Positions 17,079 through 25,957 are shown, counted from the stretch's first letter. The stretch is 32,000 bases of DNA from Methanocalculus alkaliphilus (GCF_024170505.1 NZ_JALJYG010000010.1:39676-71675), one strand, 5' to 3'. A program made the numbers and translations. Notes: generated by a model from the sequence alone, not told the origin.

Positions 17079-18284
17079 ATGCATCGTCTCGTCTGCATCC
17101 ATTGCCACACCCACTATCCACCGGATGCGATCATATACACCTGCTCTGCATGCGGCCACCTCCTGACGGTCGAGTATGATATTGATAGCATCTCTGTCTC
17201 ACACTCGGATCTCCTCTCACGGCCGCTCTCGGTCTGGCGGTACCGGGAACTTCTCCCGGTCAATATTCCGCCGGTGACGTTGCAGGAGGGGGGCACACCT
17301 CTCTACCATCTCAAGCGGATTGGTGAAGAGATTGGCCTTAAAAATCTTTATGCCAAGCATGAGGGGATGAACCCGACCGGCTCATTCAAGGATCGCGGGA
17401 TGACACTCGGTGTCTCGATGGCCATCCAGCTGAATATGAAGATGGTCGCCTGTGCCAGTACAGGAAATACCTCTGCCAGCCTTGCTGCATATGCTGCACG
17501 GGCAGGCATCCCTTCGGTTGTCCTCCTTCCTTCAGGAAAGGTTGCCATCGGGAAGGTTGCCCAGGCCCTGATGCATGGGGCGCGGGTTATATCGATCAAC
17601 GGCAACTTCGACCGCGCCCTTGAGATGGTCCATGAACTCTGTATCTCGCATGGCATCTATCTTCTCAACTCGGTGAACCCATACCGGCTGGAGGGGCAGA
17701 AGACCATCGGATACGAGGTGATCGATCAGCTCGGCTATCTTCCGGATCGAATCGTCCTTCCCGTCGGGAATGCCGGTAATATCTCAGCAGTCTATAAAGG
17801 ACTTACTGAATGGCGCGATCTCGGCTGGATCGATACGATCCCGAAGATGACTGGTATCCAGGCAGCAGGATCCGCACCTGTTGTCCGTGCGATCCAGGGC
17901 GATCTCCCTTCAGTGGTCCCTGATGCCTCACCGGAGACGATTGCGACCGCAATACGGATCGGCGCCCCGGTAAATGGTGAGAAGGCACTCATTGCCATCA
18001 GGAAGACCGGCGGTATCGCAGAGTCCGTGACCGATGAAGAGATCCTCTCGATGCAGCGGGACCTTGCCCGGCTTGAGGGGATCGGTGTTGAACCGGCTTC
18101 GGCCGCATCGGTCGCCGGCATCAGAAAACTCAGGGAGATGGGGATGATCGATTCTGACGAAGAGATCGTCTGTGTCGTGACCGGCCACCTCCTCAAAGAT
18201 CCCCAGACGGTGATAGCTCAATGCAGTCCCCCCATCGAGATCGATGCAACATTGCCTGCCTTGCTCTCTGCCTTGCAGCTCTGA
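17079..18284 (+). CDS. thrC: Threonine synthase (with an N-terminal zinc ribbon)
   Basis: The sequence MHRLVCIHCHTHYPPDAIIYTCSACGHLL...GMNPTGSFKDRGM carries the PLP lysine motif. The track ORF start at 16872 is an upstream extension that overlaps the DUF457 gene. The homology-consistent ATG is at 17079. Confidence 0.92.
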   Translation: MHRLVCIHCHTHYPPDAIIYTCSACGHLLTVEYDIDSISVSHSDLLSRPLSVWRYRELLPVNIPPVTLQEGGTPLYHLKRIGEEIGLKNLYAKHEGMNPTGSFKDRGMTLGVSMAIQLNMKMVACASTGNTSASLAAYAARAGIPSVVLLPSGKVAIGKVAQALMHGARVISINGNFDRALEMVHELCISHGIYLLNSVNPYRLEGQKTIGYEVIDQLGYLPDRIVLPVGNAGNISAVYKGLTEWRDLGWIDTIPKMTGIQAAGSAPVVRAIQGDLPSVVPDASPETIATAIRIGAPVNGEKALIAIRKTGGIAESVTDEEILSMQRDLARLEGIGVEPASAASVAGIRKLREMGMIDSDEEIVCVVTGHLLKDPQTVIAQCSPPIEIDATLPALLSALQL

Positions 18285-18835
18285 TACTGATCGTTCCTGT
18301 ATCTGCTCAGGATGCCGTATTTACGGTGTATGAGAACGGAACAGGGTACTCGGCAGTAATCGGGATAGTGGATGCCGAGGAGTACCGGTTCACAGAACCC
18401 GGCCTCCTCGGGGAAGCAGTTCCGATCCAGGCACGCAACATCAGTCTTACTGACGGTTCAGGAGACGTGGTACTCTCAGCAGATGAAGAGTCGAGGATCA
18501 CCTTCCCGAGGGGGGATTATCTGCTCTTCTATGAAGGAACGCTCTCTGGTAACTCGTTTGCCGCCGTCTTTTCCGATCGGCATAATATCACGGTCTTTCT
18601 CCCGGAAGGGTATGATGTCAGAAACCCGCTCCTTGGATATGTGAGCCAGGGTGGAAAGACAACGGTCGTTGACGGGGGTCTTATGATCACCTGGGAGAAG
18701 ACCCGGTATGCCGACATTCGTTATTATGATGAGACCAGGGAGGTCATCCTCTATGCTTTTGGAACCATCTGGATAATGCTGATGATCATTCTCCTCTTCG
18801 GCTATTATGCGATGAGGGTGAGTACAAAAGAGTAG
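18221..18835 (+). CDS. Exported protein with signal peptide and C-terminal TM anchor (candidate surface glycoprotein), function unknown
   Basis: The signal peptide is ...CNIACLALCLAALILIVPVSAQ|D. The C-terminal TM is VILYAFGTIWIMLMIILLFGYYA. There are three N-x-S/T sequons (NGT, NIS, NIT). It overlaps the thrC 3' end by 64 nt. Confidence 0.65.
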   Translation: MQSPHRDRCNIACLALCLAALILIVPVSAQDAVFTVYENGTGYSAVIGIVDAEEYRFTEPGLLGEAVPIQARNISLTDGSGDVVLSADEESRITFPRGDYLLFYEGTLSGNSFAAVFSDRHNITVFLPEGYDVRNPLLGYVSQGGKTTVVDGGLMITWEKTRYADIRYYDETREVILYAFGTIWIMLMIILLFGYYAMRVSTKE

Positions 18836-18842
18836 TTGGGGT

Positions 18843-19724
18843 CTAAATATCGATCCCAAATTTTGCGGCATTTGCATCCGCGATCGCCTGGATCTTTGCG
18901 ATCTCTTCTTCGTTTCTCTTTGGCTTGAAGAGGTGGCGGAACCGTTTCTGGACTGAGAGATACTCCTCGACCGGCTTCCTCTTCACCTTCTTCGCTTTCT
19001 TGACAACACCATTGATCATCTCATAGTTTACCCAGAGACCGGTCTCGATGGCAAGCTTTCCGACAGCCACCGTCTGATCACCCTCAAAGCCCCACCCGGT
19101 ACAGCATGGTGCATGAACCTGGATATATGTGGCTCCGGGGGTGTTGACGGCAGTCTCAACCTTCTTCATGAGGTCGGTCGGGTATGAGAGTGAAGCGGTT
19201 GCGACATATGGTGATCCATGAGCGGCAAGGATAGCCGGAACATCCTTCTTTGCATGTTTGTTCCCCATCGAACAGGACCCTGCCGGACTTGTTGATGTGC
19301 TTGCATCAAAGGGTGTTGCCCCGGATCGCTGGATCCCGGTGTTCATGTACGCCTCATTGTCATAGCAGATGTAGGTGATGTCGTGGTTCCGCTCAAAGGC
19401 CCCCGAGAGGCAGAGCATCCCGATATCGACCGTTGCCCCGTCGCCACCGATGACAAGAACCTTCTCGCTGCGCCCCTGCCGTTTGAGTGAGGCCTCGATT
19501 CCTGAAGCGACGGCTGCGGCATTTTCAAAGAGTGAGTGGATCCAGGGGACCTTCCATGCTGTTTCCGGGTAGGGTGTCGTAAAGACCTCAAGACATCCGG
19601 TCGGGGAGACGACGATGACATCCTCCCCGGCGCCTTTGAGGATCATCCGTACAGCGGTTGCCGCACCGCACCCGCCACAGGCCCGGTGACCACACTCGAA
19701 GTTTTCAATACTTTTATCGACCAT
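18843..19724 (-). CDS. porB: Pyruvate:ferredoxin oxidoreductase, beta subunit (TPP-binding)
   Basis: The motifs are [11 protein letters not shown]...[40 protein letters not shown]. It is the last gene of the porCDAB order. Confidence 0.85.
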   Translation of the reverse strand: MVDKSIENFECGHRACGGCGAATAVRMILKGAGEDVIVVSPTGCLEVFTTPYPETAWKVPWIHSLFENAAAVASGIEASLKRQGRSEKVLVIGGDGATVDIGMLCLSGAFERNHDITYICYDNEAYMNTGIQRSGATPFDASTSTSPAGSCSMGNKHAKKDVPAILAAHGSPYVATASLSYPTDLMKKVETAVNTPGATYIQVHAPCCTGWGFEGDQTVAVGKLAIETGLWVNYEMINGVVKKAKKVKRKPVEEYLSVQKRFRHLFKPKRNEEEIAKIQAIADANAAKFGIDI

Positions 19725-20879
19725 TTACAACAACTCCTCGCGCAGTCCATAGAACATATCTCCACTCCCCTGTTCGGCAAGTTTTGTTATCGCTCTGATG
19801 TCCTTCTTTCTGATATCTCTTCCACCAAGGCCGAGGATATAGTCATAGACCGCAATCGACGATCCATAGAGTACATCCTTGATCTCAAGGCCGACTGCAC
19901 CCTTTGATCCAAGAGAGACGTTCTTGTCAAGAATTGCGACCGTCTTTACATGTGCAAGTGCGGCGGCGATCTCCTCGTCAGGGAATGGACGGAAGCACCG
20001 GATCTTCAGGAGCCCGACTTTGATACCGTCTTTTCGCATCTCATCGATTGCGTCTTTCACGGTGCCGCAGATCGATCCCATTGCAACAAGGGCGATCTCT
20101 GCATCCTCAAGCTCGTACCCTTCAATGAGTCCGCTGTAATCACGTCCAAACTGCTCTTTGAAGAGGGTTCCATACTTTACAATCGCTTCCTTGGCCCGGA
20201 GCATTGCCCGCTGGTTTTCGTAGCGGAACTCCATGTAGTAGTCCGGGGTGGCATACATCCCAAAGGAGATGGGATCTTTTGCATCCAGACGCTGGTATGG
20301 GTTGAAGGCGGGCAGATATGCATCGACCTCTTCCTGTGCCGGCATGTCGACCGGCTCATAGGTATGTGAGAGGATGAAGCCGTCAAAACAGACGAATGCC
20401 GGCAGGAGGATGTCATGGTCTTCACAGACCCGGTATGCAAGGAGATGGAGATCGAGTGCCTCCTGGTTATCTTCGGCATACAGCTGGATCCAGCCGGAGT
20501 CACGAAGTGAGATTGAGTCCTGCTGATCATTCCAGATGGAGAGTGGTGCACTCATCGCCCTGTTTGCGATCGTCATCACGATCGGGAGGCGCATCCCTGC
20601 TGCATTAAAGCAGACCTCAAACATCAGGGCAAGGCCCTGTGCTGTGGTTGCCGAGTAGGTCCGCGATCCGGCGGTTGAGGCGCCGATACATGCGGAGAGT
20701 GCGGAGAACTCGCTCTCGACACAGATATACTCGGCATCCAGCTTACAGTCTGCGACCATCGAGGCGAGCGCCTCGACGATATGGGTCTGGGGAGTGATCG
20801 GATACGCGGAGACGACCTGTGGCCGGCAGAGCCTGACAGCCTCGGCGACCGCGTGTGATCCTTCAAGTATCTCTTTCAT
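19725..20879 (-). CDS. porA: Pyruvate:ferredoxin oxidoreductase, alpha subunit
   Basis: The sequence is GSHAVAEAVRLCRPQVVSAYPITPQTHIVE...; 384 aa. Its stop abuts the porB start. Confidence 0.85.
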   Translation of the reverse strand: MKEILEGSHAVAEAVRLCRPQVVSAYPITPQTHIVEALASMVADCKLDAEYICVESEFSALSACIGASTAGSRTYSATTAQGLALMFEVCFNAAGMRLPIVMTIANRAMSAPLSIWNDQQDSISLRDSGWIQLYAEDNQEALDLHLLAYRVCEDHDILLPAFVCFDGFILSHTYEPVDMPAQEEVDAYLPAFNPYQRLDAKDPISFGMYATPDYYMEFRYENQRAMLRAKEAIVKYGTLFKEQFGRDYSGLIEGYELEDAEIALVAMGSICGTVKDAIDEMRKDGIKVGLLKIRCFRPFPDEEIAAALAHVKTVAILDKNVSLGSKGAVGLEIKDVLYGSSIAVYDYILGLGGRDIRKKDIRAITKLAEQGSGDMFYGLREELL

Positions 20880-21140
20880 CTATTTCTCCTCTTTTTCCAT
20901 GGTGATCGCGTCTCCGGGACACTCTTCAGCGCAGAGGCCGCAGCCTTTGCAGTAGTCGAGATCCGGCACATACTTCTTCTCGCCCTGCTTCTCAATACAT
21001 CCCTCAGGGCAGAGGAGTATGCAGATCTCACAGCCGGAGCAGGTCTCTTCTGTAAAGATCGGGTAGAAAACCCGCCATGAACCTGTTTTATTATCCCTGC
21101 CCCGACCAGGGCGGGCAGTACATCCGACATTTAACGGCAT
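20880..21140 (-). CDS. porD: Pyruvate:ferredoxin oxidoreductase, delta subunit (2x[4Fe-4S] ferredoxin)
   Basis: There are two CxxCxxCxxxCP motifs (CSGCEICILLCP, CKGCGLCAEECP); 86 aa. Confidence 0.85.
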   Translation of the reverse strand: MPLNVGCTARPGRGRDNKTGSWRVFYPIFTEETCSGCEICILLCPEGCIEKQGEKKYVPDLDYCKGCGLCAEECPGDAITMEKEEK

Positions 21141-21685
21141 TATGCATTCCCTCCCTTCACCATCTCAAAGGCTCTCTGGGCGGATCGTATGTTTGTCTCA
21201 GCGAGCCTGCCCTCGAATCTGCCGCGGATTGCGTCTTCAAGTGCAGAAAAATCGATTTCGCCGGTTGCTGCGGCAAAAGCCCCAAGCAACGCTGTGTTTG
21301 TGATCGGTAACCCGATCTCTTCAAGCGCGATCTTTGTGGCATCGATAGTGATCAGTTTGACACCCTCGGGTGCGTTATATCCGCCTGACTTCTCTGTGTT
21401 GACGATGGCAATCCCGCCCGGTTTCATACCGGCGAAGACATTGACGTCACGAATCAGTGTGCTGTCCTGGACGATGATGTAGTCCGGCTCATAAACCTGG
21501 CTCCGAAGGCGGATCGTCTCGTCACTTAGCCTGACGAATGCCTGTACCGGAGCACCACGCCGTTCGACACCAAAAGCGGGGAAGGCCTGGGCATATAAGC
21601 CACCTGCAAATGCTGCAACTGCAATCAGCTCAGCCGCGGTGACAGAGCCCTGCCCACCTCTTCCGTGGATGCGTAACTCTCTCAA
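21140..21685 (-). CDS. porC: Pyruvate:ferredoxin oxidoreductase, gamma subunit
   Basis: The N-terminus (M)RELRIHGRGGQGSVTAAELIA is typical of the gamma subunit. It apparently uses a TTG start at 21685, as no in-frame ATG lies upstream. The specificity (POR versus another 2-oxoacid:Fd oxidoreductase) is inferred from the 4-subunit layout. Confidence 0.8.
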   Translation of the reverse strand: MRELRIHGRGGQGSVTAAELIAVAAFAGGLYAQAFPAFGVERRGAPVQAFVRLSDETIRLRSQVYEPDYIIVQDSTLIRDVNVFAGMKPGGIAIVNTEKSGGYNAPEGVKLITIDATKIALEEIGLPITNTALLGAFAAATGEIDFSALEDAIRGRFEGRLAETNIRSAQRAFEMVKGGNA

Positions 21686-21725
21686 GAATAACCCCGTATA
21701 ATCTTACACGATTAATCATATAAAT

Positions 21726-22598
21726 TTACACATCCACAGGAATTCCCAGTATTTCTCTTCGACCATCCGCGATATCCTCTGCGATCATCGAAAGGCCCCG
21801 CGAGGCGGACCATTCATCATAGGTTGCAACATCACGGCAGAGGAGCTGCCTCACCTCTCCGGCTATGGCGGGCGCACACGATCCGGCGAGTGCCACCTTC
21901 GCCTCCGGGGCAAGGAGGAGGAGGGATGCACACTCCATCGCAGCGAAGAGGGCAATCGTCGGGAGATGGAGATCTTCGGGGAGATTATCGGTCACTCCCG
22001 CATGCATGAATGCCTCATTTGCACTCTCAATACCTTCATCCACTCTTCGTATCGCATCCACATCCAGTGCGCCGTGGCGTGTGCCGGGGGCAAAGATACA
22101 GGCATCGAATCCCCCAATGATCCGTGATTCCCTGATGAGGAGGGTGACGGTATTGGAACTTGTATCCGAGACAACGAAGGTTTCTCCGAGATCCTTTGAG
22201 ACTGCGTAGGCTATGCCGATCTTCTCAGGGCTTGTCTGATGTGAATAGACTTTGAACCGTGGATCGGTATCGGATCCCCGATGAATACCAGGGATGGCGA
22301 CAGCGGGGATGCCGGAGGCGGCGATCATATCATAGACCCGGGTGCCGCCGCCGACATGCTCCCCCGCACCTTCGCGGGTAATAACCCCCCGGTTCTTCAA
22401 CTTCTGTATATCGGTGATTGCGGTGAAGTTATCACCCATTGAGTAACAGAGAGCGATACCTTCAATCTCTTCAACCGGGCAGAGGCGGGTGAGATCATCG
22501 ATCACAAAATCCCGCGCATCACTCCGACTCATCTTGAAACCTCCGGTTGCTGAGGCGAAGCGGATGGCTGTCGTTCCATGATCGATGCCGATGAACAT
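21726..22598 (-). CDS. Methanogenesis marker protein 12 (UPF0285; ASKHA/BadF-BcrAD-type ATPase fold)
   Basis: The sequence MFIGIDHGTTAIRFA carries the phosphate-1 motif, followed by ...GGGTRVYDMIAASGIPAVAIPGIH...VVSDTSSNTVTLL. The track ORF runs to 22964, but that N-terminal extension is antisense to the epimerase gene. The homologous start is the ATG at 22598. Confidence 0.8.
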   Translation of the reverse strand: MFIGIDHGTTAIRFASATGGFKMSRSDARDFVIDDLTRLCPVEEIEGIALCYSMGDNFTAITDIQKLKNRGVITREGAGEHVGGGTRVYDMIAASGIPAVAIPGIHRGSDTDPRFKVYSHQTSPEKIGIAYAVSKDLGETFVVSDTSSNTVTLLIRESRIIGGFDACIFAPGTRHGALDVDAIRRVDEGIESANEAFMHAGVTDNLPEDLHLPTIALFAAMECASLLLLAPEAKVALAGSCAPAIAGEVRQLLCRDVATYDEWSASRGLSMIAEDIADGRREILGIPVDV

Positions 22599-22637
22599 AA
22601 CGGTACTTCTATGGTCTATCTCCCCTATTAGTCTATA

Positions 22638-23573
22638 ATGTTCAGTATCGTAACCGGTGGTGCCGGATTCATCGGATCTCATCTCGTTGATCTCCTCCTT
22701 GGGCGGGGCGATCGCGTCTGTGTCATCGACTCTCTCTCCAATGGGAATCGGGATCATCTCCGTGCCCATCTCAAACAGGGTGCAGTGGAGCTGATAGAAG
22801 CCGACCTCCTCTCTGATGGATGGCAGGGGGCATGCGCAGGTGCCGATCGGATCTTCCACCTCGCCGCCGATCCCGATGTCCGGGGGAGCGCAGAGACGCC
22901 CTGGTCGGTCTATGAAAATAACGTCACGGCGACGATGAAGGTGCTTGAGGCGATGCGGGAGCATGGCATCCCTGAGATATCGTTCACCTCAACCTCGACG
23001 GTCTATGGCGAGGCCTCAGTCATCCCGACACCCGAGAACTATGCGCCCCTGATCCCGATATCGGTCTATGGTGCGAGCAAACTTGCATCAGAGGCGATGA
23101 TAGCGTCATACTGCCATACCTATGGGATGCGGGGATCGATCTTCCGCTTCGCAAATATCATCGGTCCCAGGAGTAACCATGGGGTGATCTTCGACTTTAT
23201 CAGGAAGCTCCGGCGGGATCCCACGCGCCTTGAGATCCTTGGTGATGGAACGCAGACCAAATCATATCTAACCGTCGGCGCCTGTGTGGAGGCGATGGTG
23301 TATGCAACTGAACAGGGTCCGGATCGCTACAACTGCTATAACATCGGATCGACCGACTGGATCGATGTCGTCAGTATCGCAGAGATCGTTGTTGATGAGA
23401 TGGGACTTTCTGATGTTGCCTTCTCATTCACCGGTGGTGATCGGGGATGGACCGGGGATGTCCCAAAGATGCTCCTCTCGATTGAGAAAATCCAGAGCCT
23501 TGGGTGGAGACCCCCGATCGGATCTGCTGAGAGTGTCCGCGAGGCGGTCCGGGCGGGGATCCTGGAGATCTAA
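22638..23573 (+). CDS. NAD-dependent epimerase/dehydratase (extended SDR, UDP-sugar 4-epimerase-like)
   Basis: The sequence VTGGAGFIGSHLVDLLL carries the Rossmann motif. TSTSTVYG and YGASKLASE (YxxxK) are also present. Confidence 0.85.
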   Translation: MFSIVTGGAGFIGSHLVDLLLGRGDRVCVIDSLSNGNRDHLRAHLKQGAVELIEADLLSDGWQGACAGADRIFHLAADPDVRGSAETPWSVYENNVTATMKVLEAMREHGIPEISFTSTSTVYGEASVIPTPENYAPLIPISVYGASKLASEAMIASYCHTYGMRGSIFRFANIIGPRSNHGVIFDFIRKLRRDPTRLEILGDGTQTKSYLTVGACVEAMVYATEQGPDRYNCYNIGSTDWIDVVSIAEIVVDEMGLSDVAFSFTGGDRGWTGDVPKMLLSIEKIQSLGWRPPIGSAESVREAVRAGILEI

Positions 23574-24448
23574 TCTCTCTTTTTGAGAATATGCTCTCTC
23601 TTCCCCTTTCTCAGATATTCGATCATACCAATGAGAAGTACTCCGGCGACACAGGCGGCGGCTGCACCCGGTGAAAAACCTCCGGCTTCTTCTATCCGCT
23701 CAATGAGAATTCGGGTCGAGCCGAGCATGAGGCCTGTTAGAAAGGCGAGCACTGCGGCAGTATAGCGATCAAGGAGGTAGCGGAGTACTCGTGAGAAGAG
23801 GAGGATTCCAACAACCCCTCCCGCGATGAATGTGATGATCTCAGGGAGTGAGACATCGCGGATCGCCTGAAGGAGATACTCATACTGGCCAAGGACGAGG
23901 GTGAGATAAGCGCCGGAGATGCCGGGAAGGATCATCGCACAGAGGGCGACCATACCTGTGATGAAGATCATCAGAAGTGAGTGATCAAATGAGCCGGTTG
24001 GGAGATCCCCGATCAGGTATCCGATAAGGAATCCTCCTCCGACGAAGAGTACCGCGAGGGTATTTCTTGATTTGACCTGCACCGCAATCAGTACTGATGA
24101 TGCGACGATCAGCCCGAGGAAGAGGCCGAACGCCTCCGCCGGGTACCCTGTGAGGATATGGAGGATCATCCGTGACATCAGGAGTGCCGCGGTCCCGATC
24201 CCTGCAAGCAGGGTGATCAGGAAGAGCGGATCGGTTGCAAGAACATCTTTTTTGAATGAGCCGATATCACCGCGCAGAATATGCAGGAGTGACTGTGGGC
24301 GGACAGCTGCGATTGCATTGATGAGTCTGCCATAGATACCGGTGATGAAGGCCATTGTCCCCCCTGATACTCCGGGTATGATATCTGATCCCCCCATCAG
24401 GAGGCCGCGGAGGAAGATCCCAACAATATCTCTCGTATTCGATGTCAA
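23570..24448 (-). CDS. DUF368 family polytopic membrane protein (candidate polyprenyl-phosphate translocase/recycling factor)
   Basis: The motif GGSDIIPGVSGGTMAFITGIY recurs in the second half as ILPGISGAYLTLVLGQY, showing the internal duplication typical of DUF368. It apparently uses a TTG start at 24448. Its stop codon overlaps the epimerase stop on the opposite strand. Confidence 0.8.
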   Translation of the reverse strand: MTSNTRDIVGIFLRGLLMGGSDIIPGVSGGTMAFITGIYGRLINAIAAVRPQSLLHILRGDIGSFKKDVLATDPLFLITLLAGIGTAALLMSRMILHILTGYPAEAFGLFLGLIVASSVLIAVQVKSRNTLAVLFVGGGFLIGYLIGDLPTGSFDHSLLMIFITGMVALCAMILPGISGAYLTLVLGQYEYLLQAIRDVSLPEIITFIAGGVVGILLFSRVLRYLLDRYTAAVLAFLTGLMLGSTRILIERIEEAGGFSPGAAAACVAGVLLIGMIEYLRKGKREHILKKRD

Positions 24449-24510
24449 GGTGGTATCTGATTGGTTCTATGGAGGCTTTTAATGATACGACACACAGATG
24501 TAGATCTACG

Positions 24511-25731
24511 ATGCTTCCGGTTGATCGGTACGGGAAGGGGAGAAAATATCTCCTCATCCTCGGGGATGGTATGGCGGATGAACCACTCCAGGATCTTGGT
24601 GGCCTGACACCACTTGAGTATGCAGAGACTCCCAACATGGATGCAATAGCGCGTGAGGGCCGGATGGGTGCTCTCCGCACCGTCCCGCATGGGTATGAGC
24701 CCGGGTCTGATATCGCCAACCTCTCGGTTCTCGGGTATGATCCGGTCAGGCACTATACCGGACGGGGTCCTCTTGAGGCTGCCTCGATGGGCATTCCACT
24801 TGCACCTGATGATATTGCATACCGATGTAATCTGGTGACGATCCGTGACGGGGTGATGGAGGACTTCTCAGCAGGTCATATCTCAAGTGAGGAGGGTGGT
24901 GCGCTCCTTGAAGCGCTCAGAGATTCGCTTCCTGAGATTGATCTCTATCCCGGGGTGAGTTACCGGAACCTGCTTATCGCTCATCGGGCTGAAGGAGCAA
25001 AGACCGTACCCCCCCACGACATTGTTGGCAGGGATGCGGCCTCTTCACTCCCGAAAGGACCAGATGCAGAGCTTTTACGGCGCTGCATTGAGGTTTCCAA
25101 GGAGGTATTTACAGAACATCCTGTGAATCTGAAGCGCATGGAACGTGGTCTTCGTCCTGCAACATCCATCTGGCCATGGAGCGGTGGGAAAACCCCTTCG
25201 TTTCTCCCATTTTATATGAAGTTCGGCCTGAAAGGAGGTATCATCTCCGCGGTTGATCTCCTCTTCGGTATCGCGCGTCTTGCTGAGATGGAGGTGATCA
25301 GGGTTCCGGGTGCGACAGGATTCCTTGATACAGATTATCGGGCGAAGATACGCTATGCCCTGGATGCGCTCAAGCGCCTCGATTTCGTCTATGTTCATGT
25401 CGAGGCCCCGGATGAAGCAGGACATCTCGGCAGTATTGAAGAGAAGGTCCGGGCTATTGAACGGCTTGATGATGCGATCGGGATCGCACTTGACGAGTTT
25501 GATGGAACTATTGCCCTTCTGCCCGATCATCCGACCCCGATTCGGCTCAGGACCCATACCGCAGATCCTGTGCCCTTTGCCATCCTTGGAAAAGGAAAGG
25601 ACAGAACCGAGCGATACTCGGAGAAAGAGGCGAAGAAAGGCTCCCTTGGGCTGATGCGCGGACCGGATCTCCTCCCGCTTCTCTTCTCCCGCAAGACCCT
25701 TGATGAGGATTCGGACTGGCTGCGCTTCTGA
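24511..25731 (+). CDS. apgM: Cofactor-independent phosphoglycerate mutase-family metalloenzyme (archaeal ApgM / 'proposed homoserine kinase' branch)
   Basis: The sequence is KYLLILGDGMADEPLQDLGGLTPLEYAETPNMDAIAREGRMG...GSDIANLSVLGYDP...YVHVEAPDEAGH...LLPDHPTP. I chose the ATG at 24511 because it has a TATA-like cttttaatgata about 27 nt upstream and avoids overlap with DUF368. Confidence 0.8.
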   Translation: MLPVDRYGKGRKYLLILGDGMADEPLQDLGGLTPLEYAETPNMDAIAREGRMGALRTVPHGYEPGSDIANLSVLGYDPVRHYTGRGPLEAASMGIPLAPDDIAYRCNLVTIRDGVMEDFSAGHISSEEGGALLEALRDSLPEIDLYPGVSYRNLLIAHRAEGAKTVPPHDIVGRDAASSLPKGPDAELLRRCIEVSKEVFTEHPVNLKRMERGLRPATSIWPWSGGKTPSFLPFYMKFGLKGGIISAVDLLFGIARLAEMEVIRVPGATGFLDTDYRAKIRYALDALKRLDFVYVHVEAPDEAGHLGSIEEKVRAIERLDDAIGIALDEFDGTIALLPDHPTPIRLRTHTADPVPFAILGKGKDRTERYSEKEAKKGSLGLMRGPDLLPLLFSRKTLDEDSDWLRF

Positions 25732-25957
25732 GGAGGATAATGATGGATGGAAACGGTTGCTGTTGGTTCTCTACTCTCTCACGACCTTATATCGTAACAG
25801 AGATGTTTGCAGAAAGGTTGGAAAGGTGGCATCAGATCCCTGCGTCATCATCTGGTGTCAGCGGGGGTAACTCTCATCATCTGCCTGCCTCTTTATGCGC
25901 TCTCCCAAAGTATGGTTCTTCCGCAAACCATATTCTTTCATGAGGGGATATTGAAGT

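Noticed and set aside
22599-22964. N-terminal 122-codon extension of the marker-12 ORF (the track lists 21726-22964)
   Set aside because: The extension overlaps the convergently arranged epimerase coding sequence on the other strand and has no homology-like features. The conserved ASKHA N-terminus MFIGIDHGTT begins at the ATG at 22598.
25732-25957. Possible replication origin (ORB elements or DUE) upstream of the Zn-ribbon/orc1 pair
   Set aside because: Only one G-string-containing ORB-like stretch is present (ctggtgtcagcgggggt, about 25852-25868). There is also a 10-nt direct repeat, tcatcatctg (25845-25854 and 25874-25883), and a small palindrome, ATGGTT...AACCAT (about 25912-25931). I found no multiple inverted ORBs flanking an AT-rich unwinding element, and the region is not notably AT-rich. 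It is more likely an ordinary promoter/operator. It needs marker-frequency analysis or ORB profile searches to revisit.
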